Assembly (NCBI RefSeq): GCF_004010195.1 | Contig: NC_057749.1 | Coordinates: forward strand, 21,352,422 to 21,387,695 | Origin: Chiloscyllium plagiosum | Taxonomy: Eukaryota | Length of the DNA stretch: 35,274 nt | Reading direction: 5' to 3' | Part shown: in pieces, positions 32,831 to 35,274 of the stretch | How positions within the stretch are numbered: the first letter of the stretch is position 1 | Layout of the letters: every line of letters begins with the position of its first letter | The notes under the pieces: generated by a model | What the model was told of the DNA's origin: nothing | Database searches by the model: none | Seen by the model: only the letters and a program-made list of their open reading frames with translations | Position numbers and translations under genes: made by a program

Positions 32831-33965
32831 GAATTGGTGGTTAGAGTCATACTTGGCAGATAGGAAGGTGGTGCTGGAAAAGCACAACAGGTCATGAGGA
32901 GCAAAAAAAGTCAACATTTTGGGCATAAGCCCTTCATCAGGAAGATGATCATGGTTGTTGGAGGTTTGGCATCTCAGCTCCAGGAGATCTCTGCAGGAGT
33001 TCCCCAGGGTAATGTCCTAGGCCCAACCACCTTCAGCTGTCTCATCAATGATGTTCCCTCCATCATAAGGTCAGAAGTGGGAATGTTCACCGATGATTGG
33101 ACAATGTTCAGCACCATTCCCAACTCCTCAGATACTAAAACAGTCCATGTTCAAATGCAACAAGATCTGGACAATATCCAGGCTTGGGCTGACACATAGC
33201 AAGTTACATCCGTGCCACACCAATGCTAGGCTATGACCATCACTAACAAGAGATAACCTAACCACTGACAGCTGACACTCAATGGTGTTACCATCACTGA
33301 ATCCCCCACTCTCAATATCCTGAGCATTAACATTGACCAGAAACTCAACTAGACTCGCCACATAAACACAATGGCTACAAGATCAGGTCAGAGGCTGGGA
33401 ATATTACTGAGTAAATCATCTCCTGACTCCCCAGAGCCTGTCCATCATCTACAAGGCACAAGGCAGGAGTGTGATGGTATACTCCCCACTTGCCTGGATG
33501 GGTGCAGCTCCTGCAACACTCAAGAAGCTTGACACCATCCAGGACAAAGCAGCCCACTTGATTGACACCACATCCACAAACATCTGCTCCCTCCATCCAT
33601 GCTCAGTAGCAAGATACACTGCAGGAATTCACCAAAGACCCTCTGACAGCATCTTCCAAACCTATAGCCATTTCCATCTAGAAAGATAAGGGCAGCAGAT
33701 ACATGGGAACCAACCACCTTCAAGTTCTCCTCCAAGCCACTCATCGTCCTGATTTGGAAATCTATCAGCATTCCTTCACTGTCACTGGGTCAGAATCCTG
33801 GAATTCCCTCCCTAAGGGCAATGTGGGTCAATCCACAACATATGGACTGCAGCAGTTCAAGAAGGCAGCTCAACTCCACTTTCTCAAGGGGGACAACTAG
33901 GGGTGGGCAACAAACCCTGGCACAGCCAGCAATGCCCACATCCTACAAATGAATATTAAAAAACA
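32831..33965 (+). mobile_element. CR1/L2-group LINE of a second family, RT to 3' end, with a PLE end inserted at 32866-32943
   Basis: AGVPQGNVLGPTTFSCLINDVPS...MFTDD; YSPLAWMGAAPATLKKLDTIQDKA; WNSLP; A-rich tail. Confidence 0.85.
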
Positions 33966-33984
33966 ATACAATCCTACCTGGCCA

Positions 33985-34712
33985 AAAACTAAAACAGAAA
34001 TTGCTGGAAAAGCTCAGCAGGTCAAGGCAGCGTCTGTGGAGAGAAAGCAGAGTTTACATTTTGGATGCAGTGACCCTTCTTCAGAACTGATTGCAGCTGG
34101 CAAAAGATTGGTCTATATGCTGAAGATAAGGTGGGTGGGAGGGGGAGAAATAAGTGGTAGGTGGAGATGGTGTTCAGGGGTAAATACTAGGGTAGGGGAA
34201 TGGATCTGGGTAGGATAGTCTTTGAAAGATCAGTATGGACTTGTTGGGCCAAAGGGCCTGTTTCCACACTGTAGGGATTCTATGTGCCTATGCAGGTATT
34301 TCAGGGAGAGAACAGTTGGGCAGACAATTGACTGGATAAAGGAAAGCCTGAAGGAATCAATATCTCCTAATGGGGACCATTAGTGGCTGACAATGGATTG
34401 TTCTGTGGTGGCAGCTCACATGGTAATAAGGCCTGGAGTGTGAGGGTGGGGAAAAGACATGGCAGGAGGGGCTCTAAAATGATTGTACTCGATGCTGAGT
34501 CCAGCAGGTACCTGGGTCCCTCAGCGGAAAGTGAGATACTGATCTTCCTGCTTGCACTGAGCTTGGCTGGATCACCGCAACTCACCTGAGAAGGGGATGT
34601 TGGTCAGGGAACGTGGCGTTGTGTGGAAGTGGCAGGTAACTGAAGCTCAGGGTCATTTTTTTACAGACGGAATAGAAGCATTCTGCAAAGGAGTCACCCA
34701 GACTCCTGCATC
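33985..34712 (-). mobile_element. PLE 3' fragment with a HE1 tail piece inserted at about 34175-34285
   Basis: Minus reading SLGDSFAE...DPEL...CHFH...CKQEDQYLTFR*GT...GLSIEYNHF (GIY-YIG C-terminus); degenerate hammerhead at about 34055-34087. Confidence 0.7.
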
Positions 34713-34789
34713 CACAACTCTGCTTTTCCTAACCGACTCAACCTCTCCTCATATGTCAGTGCTGCCATCCCAGGAATCCATTTGATAAA

Positions 34790-34918
34790 CCTCCACTTTA
34801 CTCCCTCTGTAGCAAGAACATCCCTCCTCAGATAAGGAGATCAAAACTGCACACAATACTCCAGGTGTGGCCTCACTAATGTCCTGTATAACAGCAGCAA
34901 AACATCCTTGTTCCAGTA
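34790..34918 (-). mobile_element. Short CR1 fragment
   Basis: Minus reading [18 protein letters not shown]. Confidence 0.75.
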
Positions 34919-35274
34919 TTAGGCAAGAACTCTCGAAAGCTGATTGGAGGCAGATGTTCGCAGGTAAAGAGATGGCTGGAAAATGGGAAGCCTTCAGAAA
35001 TGAGATAACAAGAATCCAAAGAAAGTATATTCCTGTCAGGGTGAAAGGGAAGGCTAGTAGGTATAGGGAATGCTGGATGACTAAAGAAATTGAGGGTTTG
35101 GTTAAGAAAAAGAAGGAAGCATATGTCAGGTATAGACAGGATAGATCGAGTGAATCCTTAGAAGAGTATAAAGGAAGTAGGATTGTACTTAAGAGGGAAA
35201 TCAGGAAGGCAAAACGGGGACATGAGATAGCTTTGGCAAATAGAATTAAGGAGAATCCAAAGGGCTTTTACAAA
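34919..35274 (+). mobile_element. Young 5'-truncated CR1 ORF2, open to the window end
   Basis: Uninterrupted frame QELSKADWRQMF...KWEAFRNEI...WMTKEI...LANRIKENPKGFYK. Confidence 0.9.

Overview
Repeat-dense vertebrate genomic DNA, most likely from a shark or ray (many HE1-type V-SINEs and CR1/HER1-like LINEs). No intact host gene was recognised. Most of the window is nested retroelement debris: CR1 LINEs, HE1 SINEs, Penelope-like element (PLE) ends with minimal hammerhead ribozymes, an internally deleted Gmr1-type Gypsy element, a Tx1 fragment, solo-LTR-like repeats and minisatellites. Main discovery: with the younger insertions removed, the leftover unique islands reassemble colinearly into a decayed, highly divergent Polinton/Maverick (adintovirus-like) endogenous dsDNA virus. 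Its parts are a protein-primed DNA polymerase B (+, about 24.9-31.9 kb), a penton-like minor capsid gene (-, split by an 8.3 kb TE nest and rejoining in frame), a possible adenain-like protease (+) and a hexon-like major capsid gene (-, six pieces). All viral assignments come from manual translation and motif recognition against remembered family consensus, not database searches, and need HMM or structure confirmation. TE boundaries are approximate unless a TSD is given.
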